Source: Bugula neritina (lineage: Eukaryota; Animalia; Bryozoa). From it: a DNA stretch of 64,000 nucleotides. Shown one piece after another: positions 36,701 through 48,500 of this stretch. The DNA lies in assembly GCA_964035545.1 (NCBI GenBank), contig OZ037769.1, positions 9,136,129 to 9,200,128 on the forward strand, in the 5' to 3' direction. The translations under genes were made by a program, and so were the position numbers. Within the stretch, counting starts at the first letter, position 1; the number at the start of each line of letters is the position of its first letter. The notes beneath the pieces were generated by a model that worked only from the letters and a program-made list of their open reading frames with translations, made no database searches and was not told the DNA's origin.

Positions 36701-39700
36701 CAGTAGACAGTATATAGTAACTTACCAGTAGACAGTATATAGTAACTTACCAGTAGACAGTATATAGTAACTTACTAGTAGACAGTATATAGTAGCTTAC
36801 CAGTAGACAGTATATAGTAACTTACTAGTAGACAGTATATAGTAACTTACCAGTAGATAGGATATAGTAACTTACCAGTAGACAGTATATAGTAACTTAC
36901 TAGTAGACAGTATATAGTAACTTACCAGTAGACAGTATATAGTAACTTACTAGTACACAGTATATAGTAACTTACCAGTAGACAGCATATAGTAACTTAC
37001 TAGTAGACAGTATATAGTAACTTACCAGTAGACAGTATATAGTAACTTACTAGTAGACAGTATATAGTAACTTACTAGTAGACAGTATATAGTAACTTAC
37101 CAGTAGATAGGATATAGTAACTTACCAGTAGACAGTATATAGTAACTTACCAGTAAACAGTATATAGTAACTTACCAGTAGACAGTACATAGTAACTTAC
37201 TAGTAGACAGTATATAGTAACTTACCAGTAGACAGTATATAGTAACTTACTAGTAGACAGTATATAGTAACTTACCAGTAGACACATGGCATACGGTGAC
37301 TTCAGCTGACCTCTAGTAAACTTTTGAACCAGCTTTGTAACAGCCAGCTTATCATGTTTCCTTATGTGGTAGAGCAAGCCCAGAGCGTGATACTGTACCA
37401 TTACATTGTCAGCATTCACAGCTTCCTGTGCCTCATTCACCCACCTCTTAGTCACATCCATACTTGTCTTGCACAGATGCTAGAATATTCCACAAAAGAC
37501 ATTGAAGTGATGTATACTAAAGGTACTTGAGAGCCAGTACTTCCTACCATTAGAAAACTTGGGGCGGACAGATTCTGAACAACTAAGTGTCATGTGACAC
37601 TGTGACGTATCATCATGTAGAAAGAAAAACATATTTAGCAATTTATTAACAGGGTTAATATAAGTAGTCGATATAATAAAAAATGTACACGTAGCAAAAA
37701 ATGATGGTCTGATGAGGTTTGGGAATCGTTGCCCTACTGTTCTTTCTCTCATATACTTAGTTGTTAATTTTGAAACATAATCTTTACCGCCATTTACTTA
37801 GTATTTATTGTTTGCTCTTGCACAAGAAAGGGCATCAGAATGACAGTCATAGCCTGAGTACCAGCAGCAGTTAATCTTCGTATAGAGTTAGACTGAGAGT
37901 AGGGCACTGGTTGCACTGGTCAGTACTGTACTGTATGTGTTAAATAGACTACGAGACTGTACACAGGACTAAATCCTTACCAGTGATGACACGAGGGCTG
38001 CAGATGCCACGGGGTGAACCTTGTCTACTATGGCCTGCTTCATGTACCTCTCTATACTCTGCAGCATTCCAGTCTAAACACACACATTGACAAATAGTAT
38101 TAGCTATAACAGTGTGCCAGCATCAAATCAGGACCTGCAAAAGTATTAGGCTTCTTCACTGAGATAATGCCTTCCACTAAAACTAGAAAATCCAACCAGA
38201 GCATAATTGTAGGCAAACCTTAACATTTATCATAATACTAAAGCAGTATACAGGAAGATATTAGAGAGGAGCTCCTCTGCAGCTTTGGGCTAATAAAATG
38301 TAGTCTATAAGATAAACAGTAAGAAGTCAGTAACTAACATCAGTGATCTTGCAGAGAGCTCTGATTGCAGGACCTCTAAACTGATCTTCTTTGCCTGTCA
38401 TGTCCTTAGTAAGACTAGAGGTCACGATGATGACATCTTCAGCTATCTCAGCCATATCCTTGATGACGAGGTAGACCATACGGCGGAGAGTAACCTGTCA
38501 GCAACACACATCAAACATTGGTGTGATAAAACAATCAAGTAACACCATACCCAAAGTGCTAGTACAAAAATATTTATTTACTAATTTGTTGATGAAATTT
38601 GTTGTCCTTCAACAATTATTTTATATAAAATCATAATATAGTAGAGTACAAACAAGTCATCTCATACACCTACATCTTTACACTGAAACAACTTGGTCAT
38701 GGCAAAAAAAGTATCTGTAGCTTCATTAGGTCCGAGGTGCTCCCCTTTGCTTATAATAAATAGCAGCTTTGTAAGAATCAGTTGGCATTTTCTCGCATTG
38801 ACAGGAGTAGCATTGAAGACACTACGTGCTTCCTGAAGAACAGCTGTCTTATCCAACCTTTCATACGGGTTACCTGCAAGAAAATGTATCTCAAAAGTTA
38901 TATAATGACTGCATAGAGTGACAACTATAGTCCTGCAGCTTTGTTGTCACAGAGCTAATATTATTTTAGTCTTAATAGATCATACAAGTCGCAGGTGAAA
39001 TTACTTTTGCATGCTTCATTTTCTCAACTGTTGTACATGTCCACAGAATTTATTAATGCATTTAATTTTATGGTAAATACAATATATTGAGTATATGCAT
39101 TCAATATTATACAGTATTTGTCACAAATTCTGAGTGTACATATACCTATAAATAGACTTACCGGGTTTTTCCTAATGATTATACAGGAATGTTCATAAAT
39201 ATTCTAGACTAATCAAAGAGATGGGTCATTGTTCATTGTTACTGTTTTGGTTAGTCATGTTAACTACTGCCCAGCAATGTAAACAAGGTATTGCGCAATA
39301 ATTGCGAAATAACCATGGAAATTCCAATGTTTTGTTTTGTTTTGATTTTCTATAAATAGTATTGGCATGTGGGGAATGTTTTCTACTAGAATCTTCTATA
39401 CTGGAATGCTTGAGAATGTTCTAGAGTGTTTTGTTTACTATAAATACTGAGGCAGTTGTGTTTACGAATCAGTTCACTCTTATAAGTTCATCTGTGCATA
39501 TCTTACTGAAGAAATAAAGTCTACTCTATTTACTCTCAACTGGATTAGCAAGCTGTATGCTACTTGTCTCTATACTTCTGACTACCAGACTTTTCGAACT
39601 CGTCACACTGCTACCAACAGTTTTGTGACAATTGGGGGCTGCTCCGGGAAGTCTCAGTCGCACACAGGGAAGTTATTAGTTACAACGTGAGTATACACAG

Positions 39701-42700
39701 GATTAATTAACAGTTGTTGAGACATTATGGCGTTGTTGGAGAGAGTGACACAGATGGGTAAAGACCTTGGGTTGGTGGAGGACAAGCTCATAGCTTTTGT
39801 TGAAAAGAACCTACCCATTGTTGCTGCACAAGAAGAAAAAGAAAAGGACCGAGAGGAACGTAGATTAGAGCGTGAGGCAGAAAAGATCAGGCAAGAGAAT
39901 GAGAAAGCCTTAATGGAGATGAAGATAAAAGCTGATCAGGAGGCAACGGCATTCAAGGTTAAAGCTGATCAGGAGACAATGGCACTCAAGATAAAAGCTG
40001 ACCAGGAGGCAGAAGAGAGAAGACAACAACATGAATTAGATATGGAAAAGCTGAAAGCTAACACAAGTTTGGAGCACTCAAGACATGAGAGCACCAGGTT
40101 AGAAATAGCTAACAAACCAAAACCAAAAATACCATTCTTTGATGAGAAGGTGGATGAAATGGATAGCTATTTAGAGCGGTTCGAGTGGGTTGCCGAAGGA
40201 TGTAACTGGGACAAGGGAGATTGGCCCTACCATCTCAGTCAGTACCTAAGGGGTACAGCAACAGAAGCTTACATCCGGTTGTCACCTACCGATCGTAGAG
40301 ATTATAAAAGAGTCAAAGAAGCCTTGTTGGAGCGCTTTAACTTGACTCAAGAGGGCTACAGAAAAAAGCTCAGAGAGGCAGAAGCTTACGAGGATGAAAC
40401 TCCTGCCCAACTATTCACTAGGATAGAAAGTTATGTGCACAAGTGGGTGGAGCTTTCAGGGGGCATGGACATAGCCAAACTAGTGGCGACTGAACAATTT
40501 ATATCATCATGCCCAGACGACCTAGCTGTGCATTTAAAGCAAAGTTCCTACAACAGTAGTGAGGATATGTGTGATGCAGCGTCACTGTTCTTGCACGCTC
40601 GTGGAAGGAAACTAGCAAAAACAAAGAAAACTAATACAAAAAGGATGGAAAACACACCTGCCGATAGCATGAATGCTGAACAAGGAAGTAAAAGCAATGG
40701 TGCATGCTTCATCTGCAAAGATAAGTCACACATTGCTCGTAATTGCCCACGGCGAGGGAAGAAGTACTGTTCGCATTGCAAGATGAACAACCACAATACT
40801 TCAGACTGCAGAAAGTATGGTGGAAGGTCAGTGCATGCTGCTGCTGCAATAGCGACTACTCCGAATAAGACTGTGGTCACAGATCCAGGAATCTCATCTA
40901 AAGTGGAAGAACCTACGGAAATCACAGTTAATGGTAAAAAGTTTGTCAACGCTGCTGTCTGCAAGAATGGACCTAAATTCAAAGATGGGGGCACAGCGAT
41001 ATTTGATGCGGAAGTTAATGGCCAACGAGCTACTGTAATGCGCGACACCGGCTGTGGTTGCATTGTAGTCAATGCAAAGTATGTGCAACCTCAACACTTA
41101 ACTGGAGAATCAGTCTATTTGAATATGGCTGATGCAAGTGTTAGGGAGGCTCAGTGGGCACTTATCTCAGTGCGCTCACCATTTTACAATGGTGTCATCA
41201 AAGCTGCAGTAATGGACAAGACGATTTGTGACCTGCTTATTGGGAATGTGGATGGAGCGAGATCAGCTGATCAGCCGCTGGAAAACTGGAAGGACTGCGC
41301 CGTAACCACAGGAGCTCAAGCTGTCAAGGAAAAGTCAGGAGACAAACCACTGATGATTGATTCAAATGCTAACCCATTAAGTATAGGGAAAGATGAGATA
41401 GCCAGACTGCAGAGGGATGACCCCACATTGGAACGTTTCTTCGATGCAAAAGAAGTAAAGGAGAAAAGGGGATGCACCACTAGGTTTGTGGTGAGGAATA
41501 AGATTCTGTACCGTGAGTACACCGACTCGAAGTCTGCCAGTGTAAAACCTGTTAAACAACTCATGGTACCCAGTTCACTGAGGAAGGAAGTTCTACAGAA
41601 AGCTCATGACTGCATAATGAGCGGACACCTAGGAGTAAAGAAAACCACTGATAGAGTGCTTTCCAACTTCTTCTGGCCAGGACTAAATGGAGATGTCGTA
41701 CGTTTCTGTCAATCATGTGACATTTGCCAGAAGACGGTAAAAAAAGGCTCAGTCATGAAAGTTCCAGTACAGGAAACTCCACTAATTGACACCCCATTCA
41801 AGAGATGTGCAATAGACCTAATCGGACCAATTAACCCTCCAAGTGAGAAAGGACACCGCTACATCCTAACTTTAGTTGACTATGCTACAAGATACCCTGA
41901 AGCTACACCATTGAAGAACATTGACTCAGCTACTGTAGCTGAAGCGCTGCTTGACATGTACAGTCGTGTTGGGATACCAGAGGAGGTGATAAGCGACCAA
42001 GGAACTCAATTCATCTCGGACTACATGAAAGAGTTTACCAGATTACTTGACATGCGACAACTTCCTACTTCACCATACCATGCAATGGCCAATGGACTTG
42101 TGGAAAAGTTCAACGGAACCCTCAAGAGTATGTTAAAAAAGTTGTGTGCTAAAGAGCCAAGACAGTGGCATCGATTCATCAATGCGGCTCTATTTGCATA
42201 TAGAGAAGTCCCACAGGAATCAACAGGCTTCGCCCCATTCGAGTTACTCTATGGAAGAACTGTACGTGGACCAATGTACATCCTGCGACAACTTTGGACA
42301 AAGGAAGACACTGCCGATGAAGTCAAGACCTGCTATCAACATGTTTTTGAATTGAGAGAGCGTTTAGATGACATGATGGAAATGGCACTAGCTTCGCTAA
42401 AAGACAGTCAAAAAAGATACAAACACTATTTTGGCAAGAAAGCTAAGCAGAGAGACTTCAAACCTGGTGACAAAGTGCTCATTCTTCTACCTACGGATGG
42501 AAATAAATTGCTGATGCATTGGCAAGGACCATTCAATATTGAGGAGAAAGTCAGACTGAATGACTACATTATCAACATTAGAGGCAAGAGGAGAACATAC
42601 CATGCCAACATGCTGAAGAAATACTTTGAACGGGAGACGCCTACCGACTCTATGATTGCTGGAGCTGTGAGGACTCTAGATGCTGCTGGTGCTGGAATTA

Positions 42701-44777
42701 TTGATCACGATAAGGAAAGAGAAGAAAGCCAAGATGATTTGTTGGACCTGTACAGTAAGAAACAGCAGAATGATGAGATGGGCTATGTATTTACAGAACT
42801 TCAGAATCAAGGTGGAGTCAATCAAAGGAAAGGACAATGTTGGAGCCGATTATCTAAGCCGAATTGACTCAGAATTTTAAGTAGTTAGGAGAAATGATCA
42901 AGATAATTTCTCTTAGAATGGGGGGTTGTCACAAATTCTGAGTGTACATATACCTATAAATAGACTTACCGGGTTTTTCCTAATGATTATACAGGAATGT
43001 TCATAAATATTCTAGACTAATCAAAGAGATGGGTCATTGTTCATTGTTACTGTTTTGGTTAGTCATGTTAACTACTGCCCAGCAATGTAAACAAGGTATT
43101 GCGCAATAATTGCGAAATAACCATGGAAATTCCAATGTTTTGTTTTGTTTTGATTTTCTATAAATAGTATTGGCATGTGGGGAATGTTTTCTACTAGAAT
43201 CTTCTATACTGGAATGCTTGAGAATGTTCTAGAGTGTTTTGTTTACTATAAATACTGAGGCAGTTGTGTTTACGAATCAGTTCACTCTTATAAGTTCATC
43301 TGTGCATATCTTACTGAAGAAATAAAGTCTACTCTATTTACTCTCAACTGGATTAGCAAGCTGTATGCTACTTGTCTCTATACTTCTGACTACCAGACTT
43401 TTCGAACTCGTCACACTGCTACCAACAGTTTTGTGACAGTATTCTACTTCACGCTTTTATTTTAATTATTTGTATAAAATCAATTTTAGTGCTTTTCATT
43501 ATTGCATATAGTTGTTGTCCATGTGATAAAATTGACAGAAACTTTAGTTTCACTAGAATTGATTTATTTTGCTCAAGTAAAATGTTCAACTGTCAGTTTC
43601 GCAACAAAACATATCCACCCCATTACAACTATTATTTGAAGACAAATTTCACATTCAACAACACCTAACTAAAGTTTAATTACTCAAAAATTAAATTTTT
43701 AGGCAAGTTCAGACAGTCTTATATCTTCACCTACAAGTCTAGTTGTGTACTAAATAAAGTTAAATCAATCAAATTTACTCTTTATCTCTCATTTGAATCC
43801 AATTTCATAAGTTTTTGACTGGCTCATCAATTAAATAAATCTATATTCTTACATAACTACTTATACTTGGATATTTATAAATATAATACTGATGGTGATA
43901 CTAATAGTAATACTAACAGTAATTGAGCTGGAATTAAAACTGAATTTTAGAATCCAATTCAATATTCATATTTTATATCAATATTAATTTTAAACTTTAA
44001 TGAGGTCTCAAGTAAATGCTATCTGAACCTAAACAGAATAATTAAAATAATTAATCAATTACATTATTAGTCAATATTAATATAATTAGTATAATATATT
44101 AAATTCAATTATTTTAATTTCAAACTGGCTTGTGCAGTTTGAATTAGTAGCTACGCTGGGTCAAAACTAAACAGACTCAACAGCTACTGTTAGCAGTTGA
44201 CCGTTAGTAACATCTGGTTTTACACAATAACATTATCAGCATCATTATGACTAACAACAAAATCAAAATCAGATTAATTAAAAATAAATACTAAACATTA
44301 ATACTTATAGTTATAGTTATAGTTATACTAGTACTACTACTACTGGCACTACTTTTGCTTTTACTGTTAGTATTAGTTTTAGCTTTACTTTTAGTTTTAC
44401 ACTTAGAGTTACCTGTTGGCTGTTACTGTTACTGACTAACACTAAAACTAAAAGTAACAGCAACACAGACTGAGACTGTAAGTGTATAACTAAAACTAAA
44501 AGCTTTAGTAGTATCAGTAGTAAAACCATAAGACTAAGTATTATTATTCAATTAGTGTTGCAATTTTAGATATTGATAATCATAATTCTACGTCTAGTTT
44601 TAGTTTTATTTATTTTTGATCAATATCATAATGATAATGATAATCCTAATGATAATCATAATCATAATGTAAAACTAATTGTGTTATTTTAAATAATATT
44701 ATAAATATACATTATTAAAATAGCCTTAGGCTTAAGTAATTACCTGCTTCTTCTTCCTTTTTATCTCGCTTCAACAT
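30781..44777 (-). CDS. COPG: Coatomer subunit gamma (gamma-COP), 17 coding exons, 873 aa
   Basis: Exons: 44744-44777, 38674-38873, 38339-38494, 37981-38073, 37276-37479, 36371-36411, 35565-35738, 35133-35271, 34593-34693, 34245-34440, 33679-33875, 33247-33350, 32592-32773, 32205-32372, 31841-32006, 31352-31588, 30781-31010. All GT-AG and in phase, total 2622 nt. [43 protein letters not shown]. Confidence 0.96.
33342..33645. repeat. 21/17-bp minisatellite made from the COPG intron 11/exon 12 acceptor junction
   Basis: Sense-strand unit TGATTATTGTAG|GTGCTGTAT, about 14 variable copies; the last copy is the real junction. Confidence 0.9.
35850..36233. repeat. 19-bp minisatellite TACAGTGTGGTGTCTGTAG, COPG intron 6
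   Basis: Visible; source of the spurious YYRHHTVLQ ORFs. Confidence 0.95.
36490..37284. repeat. 25-bp minisatellite made from the COPG exon 5/intron 5 donor junction
   Basis: Sense-strand unit TGTCTACT(G/A)|GTAAGTTACTATATAC, about 31-32 copies; the first copy is the real donor at 37275/37276. Confidence 0.95.
39119..39630 (+). repeat. 5' LTR
   Basis: TG...CA with 9-bp terminal inverted repeat; TATAAA and AATAAA inside. Confidence 0.95.
39727..42867 (+). CDS. Gag-protease-integrase polyprotein (no RT or RNase H), 1046 aa
   Basis: Gag [11 protein letters not shown], two CCHC knuckles, protease MRDTGC, HHCC zinc finger, catalytic D(AIDLIGP) D(SDQG) E(GLVEKFN), C-terminal WQGPF; no Y/FxDD RT motif. 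Confidence 0.9.
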   Translation: MALLERVTQMGKDLGLVEDKLIAFVEKNLPIVAAQEEKEKDREERRLEREAEKIRQENEKALMEMKIKADQEATAFKVKADQETMALKIKADQEAEERRQQHELDMEKLKANTSLEHSRHESTRLEIANKPKPKIPFFDEKVDEMDSYLERFEWVAEGCNWDKGDWPYHLSQYLRGTATEAYIRLSPTDRRDYKRVKEALLERFNLTQEGYRKKLREAEAYEDETPAQLFTRIESYVHKWVELSGGMDIAKLVATEQFISSCPDDLAVHLKQSSYNSSEDMCDAASLFLHARGRKLAKTKKTNTKRMENTPADSMNAEQGSKSNGACFICKDKSHIARNCPRRGKKYCSHCKMNNHNTSDCRKYGGRSVHAAAAIATTPNKTVVTDPGISSKVEEPTEITVNGKKFVNAAVCKNGPKFKDGGTAIFDAEVNGQRATVMRDTGCGCIVVNAKYVQPQHLTGESVYLNMADASVREAQWALISVRSPFYNGVIKAAVMDKTICDLLIGNVDGARSADQPLENWKDCAVTTGAQAVKEKSGDKPLMIDSNANPLSIGKDEIARLQRDDPTLERFFDAKEVKEKRGCTTRFVVRNKILYREYTDSKSASVKPVKQLMVPSSLRKEVLQKAHDCIMSGHLGVKKTTDRVLSNFFWPGLNGDVVRFCQSCDICQKTVKKGSVMKVPVQETPLIDTPFKRCAIDLIGPINPPSEKGHRYILTLVDYATRYPEATPLKNIDSATVAEALLDMYSRVGIPEEVISDQGTQFISDYMKEFTRLLDMRQLPTSPYHAMANGLVEKFNGTLKSMLKKLCAKEPRQWHRFINAALFAYREVPQESTGFAPFELLYGRTVRGPMYILRQLWTKEDTADEVKTCYQHVFELRERLDDMMEMALASLKDSQKRYKHYFGKKAKQRDFKPGDKVLILLPTDGNKLLMHWQGPFNIEEKVRLNDYIINIRGKRRTYHANMLKKYFERETPTDSMIAGAVRTLDAAGAGIIDHDKEREESQDDLLDLYSKKQQNDEMGYVFTELQNQGGVNQRKGQCWSRLSKPN
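42927..43438 (+). repeat. 3' LTR
   Basis: Direct copy of 39119-39630. Confidence 0.95.
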
Positions 44778-45522
44778 TTTGGCAGAAATAAACTATGTCT
44801 ATTGGTATTATAATTATTTCAAAATTTCCTTTGGTTTTAATTAAACCGATTTGCGAATAAAAATATATCTGGTAGGTAGAAAATTTTCCTCAATAGCTCC
44901 ACGTCTTAAAAATAAATATAACAACACGTAAAAGCTTTCATCAAAAAAGTATGATCGAATTATGTTGTGAACCTTTACTCGGACTAGCCTAGTTTCCAAA
45001 AGCCTTCACCTTTTGGTGGTTCTGTGCAGTGAAGTTATTTTCAGTCGGAAAGACAACTCTTTAGCTAAGTATATAATAATTTGTGTCGCTCAACTAAATT
45101 TTCCAGTTCAGTGACTTGTGTAATTTGTATTCATCATAGCGCTTCATGAGCAGTTATTTCCGTAACTTAATGAAACCGATGCTAAACTTTTAGGTCACAT
45201 GATCAAAAGCAGCCACTGAAGCAAAACATAGTTGGCCAAACACAGCCATTGGCATTAGTATATTAATCATCATGAAGATGAGGGAATAGTGTAGAATCAT
45301 TTGACAGCCGGCATTACAGGTTGTTTGGTTCATGTAAGAGCTAGCTCTTGGGAAAAACTCTCGTAATATTTCTGTCCTTCTTTGAGAAAGGAAAGTACCA
45401 GAAACTCTACTTTCTACAACCTTAAACTTGTTTAGCAAGTTTCAGTTTGTGACATATTAAAGTAATAATACCACTATCAACCACTTCTAGCATACTGCTA
45501 TCAAGAGAATTCATCTAATAAA
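44778..45522. promoter_or_regulatory. Probable bidirectional promoter region between head-to-head COPG and myosin light chain genes
   Basis: Divergent start codons 745 bp apart; no core elements identified. Confidence 0.5.
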
Positions 45523-48500
45523 ATGGTAATTAAAATATCAGTTCTTTATAGCCTTTGTAGATAAAACTCAATTTATATACAAAATGCTTTACCTTTTTGA
45601 TAGCCATTGCTTTCTTTGTTGCAAATCACAGCCTAAGGAGATACGATAACATGAAGTTGAAGCATTCGTTTTATTTCTTTTGCATTGTTACCCAGCTTAT
45701 ACCACACTCACCATGTTATATAATTACTGTATCTAGATAGTTGTCAAGTGTTTACAAGCACAGTTTTTGAGTTTGTTAATATAATTTTACTTGTTTCAGT
45801 CTGGATTTGGAGATGACCAGTTGACAGGTAAGTTGATGTTGTGAGAAGCTCATTTTCATTGGTTAACACAGTTCAGTACTCTATGCTTTCTTTCAACATG
45901 CATATAAAATTTATTATTGAATGCTGCTAAAAATGTTCTTATGAACCATTATATACAATCTGTGTTAGTCTACGTATATGTAATGTACTACAGTTAATGT
46001 ATTTATAACTTTAAGAATACCAGGAAGTGTTTGGTATTTTTGATAACCGTGGTGATGGAAAAGTACAGGTTTCACTTATTGGTGAACTATTAAGAGCTTG
46101 TGGTCAGAATCCAACAGAAGCTGAGTGGAAGAAGCTGGTAGGAGATGATCCAGGTAGGTAGTGAGGCATAGTCAGTATAACAAATATCTAAACACGCCAT
46201 TATCCGGTACATGCTAATAATATAAACAATAAAGGCAGTCATTTAAATTTTTTAAGAATGTCAAAAACAGTTGTCATCACACTTGTCATCAATCATCAAC
46301 CCATGCATTAAATATTTAGCAGTATTAACCCCTGATACATGTGTGACTGAGGTGGAACTGCGATTCTGGTTTAGTTATTGAGGGTAGTAGCCTTTTATCT
46401 CTCTCTCTCTCTCTCTCTAAGCTCATGTAGCTCTAGTAGCTCATGTAGCTCTAGTAGCTCTAGTCTATGCAGTCAGTCAACTAGATCAAAGCTCTCATAA
46501 TCTCTACAGTACACATGTAGTCAACATATCTATAACATAATGGCAATAGATCAACTATTGACCGGCTATCAACATATGCACAGGCTGCCAACTGTCATAT
46601 CATAAGTCTCTGGTCTGTGCTAAATGCAGCAGTTATTGAAGATAATATGATGCTTTCATATTTAAAGAATCTCCATTTTATAGTCTGTTGGCTCAGGGCT
46701 AGTGCTAGCAATGTAATATTAGCTGCTGTAACATTATATTCTTTTATGTTGCTTAAGTATTTATGACATTAAACTACACAAGCATGCCAAACATGATCAG
46801 ATCTGCAGTATAAAGTATTCAATCAACACTAGAACTGTTTATTAGCCCGATACAATTATCTGTGTATCTAAACTGCTTGACACGTACAAATATACCTGTA
46901 ATATTGATAATAGGCCTCTTACCTGTTGTACTATCACTTGGACTACAAACACATATTTTGTTTGCTAGCTAGGAGTAACTAGGCTATGTGTTATGCACCT
47001 GTAATTAGCTCTGCACTAAGTTGGTATCAAGTGTACACATTCACACACAAATACTGGTATACTTTTTTGAGCGTTATTTTATCTGCATGTTTGACTATAT
47101 AGGCTCAGTAATGCCACCCTTATTGTTTCATGTGAACATGACATACTCAGTGTAAAAAACAAGATTCCCACATTTTTTGTAAGTGAACTGTTGGTTTAGA
47201 GAAAACATGTCAAACTGGATCTGGTTTGTATGGTAAATAGATAAGAGACTGACCTTCAATGAGTTCCTCCCCATGCTGAAAGATGCTGCTAAGAGTAAGG
47301 ACAAGATGCAGGCAGGAGATTTTGTAGAGGCATTCAAAGTGTTTGACAAGGAGCAGAATGGCACCATATCAAAGGCGGAGCTGAGGCATGTTCTCACCCA
47401 GCTGGGTAGGTGTTATACCTGACTTATAAATGTTACTCTTAGACACTTGTCTCTCTTTCAACAGCAACGCACTATATTATAATACTAACCTCTTTTCCTC
47501 CAATATCTCAACAGCATGCCTTGCCTATAGTGCTGAAGGCTCCTTCTCATGCAGATGGGAATATAACTTTTAGTGTGAATCACTAAGGCTATGTACAACT
47601 AACTCCATGACACAGTTGTGCATAGCATGTGTTTTAGGGAAACTTCCATCAACTTAGAGAGATTGTTAGTTGTGGGATATGGGACCATGCATGGTGGTAT
47701 TGTATATACTATGATACAGTATATACAATAGTCAGTTTATTATACTGACTATACTGACTGTATACTGACTGTATGCTGACTGTATACTTACTATATACTG
47801 ACTGTATACTGACTGTATACTGACTGTATACTGACTGTATACTGACTGTATACTGACTGTATACTTACTATATACTGACTGTATACTGACTGTATACTGA
47901 CTGTATACTGACTGTATACTGACTGTATACTGACTGTATACTGACTGTATACTTACTATATACTGACTGTATACTGACTGTATACTGACTGTATACTGAC
48001 TGTATACTGACTGTATACTTACTATATACTGACTGTATACTGACTGTATACTGACTATATACTGACTATATACTGACTGTATACTGACTGTATACTGACT
48101 GTATACTGACTAGATACTGACTGTATACTGACTGTATACTGACTATATACTGGCTATATACTGACTATATGCTGACTATATACTGACTATATACTGACTG
48201 TATACTGACTGTATACTGACTGTATACTTACTATATACTGACTGTATACTGACTGTATACTGACTGTATACTGACTGTATACTGACTGTATACTGACTGT
48301 ATACTTACTGTATACTGACTGTATACTGACTGTATAGTGACTATATACTGACTATATACTGACTGTATACTGACTGTATACTGACTATATACTGACTGTA
48401 TACTGACTATATACCGACTATATACTGACTATATACGGACTATACTGACTGTATACTGACTGTATACTGACTATACTATATAGTGATTATACTGACTATG

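Larger units (their letters stand above)
39119..43438 (+). mobile_element. Young Gmr1-like LTR retrotransposon lacking RT, 4320 bp, antisense in COPG intron 1, 5-bp TSD GTATT
   Basis: LTRs 39119-39630 and 42927-43438 (TGTCACAAA...TTTGTGACA, 512 bp, no difference seen); TSD 39114-39118 and 43439-43443; PBS 39633-39649 (tRNA-Pro-like); PPT AGAATGGGGGG before the 3' LTR. Confidence 0.95.

Noticed and set aside
36490-37284. CRISPR-like array
   Set aside because: Head-to-tail repeats with no unique spacers, no cas genes, eukaryotic intron context.
37708-37780. Possible hammerhead core CTGATGAG...GAAAC
   Set aside because: I could not build convincing stems I-III around the core.
39727-42867. Domesticated integrase gene or Ginger-type DNA transposon
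   Set aside because: Flanked by direct LTRs with PBS, PPT and TSD and retains an RNase H tail, so it is an LTR retroelement derivative.
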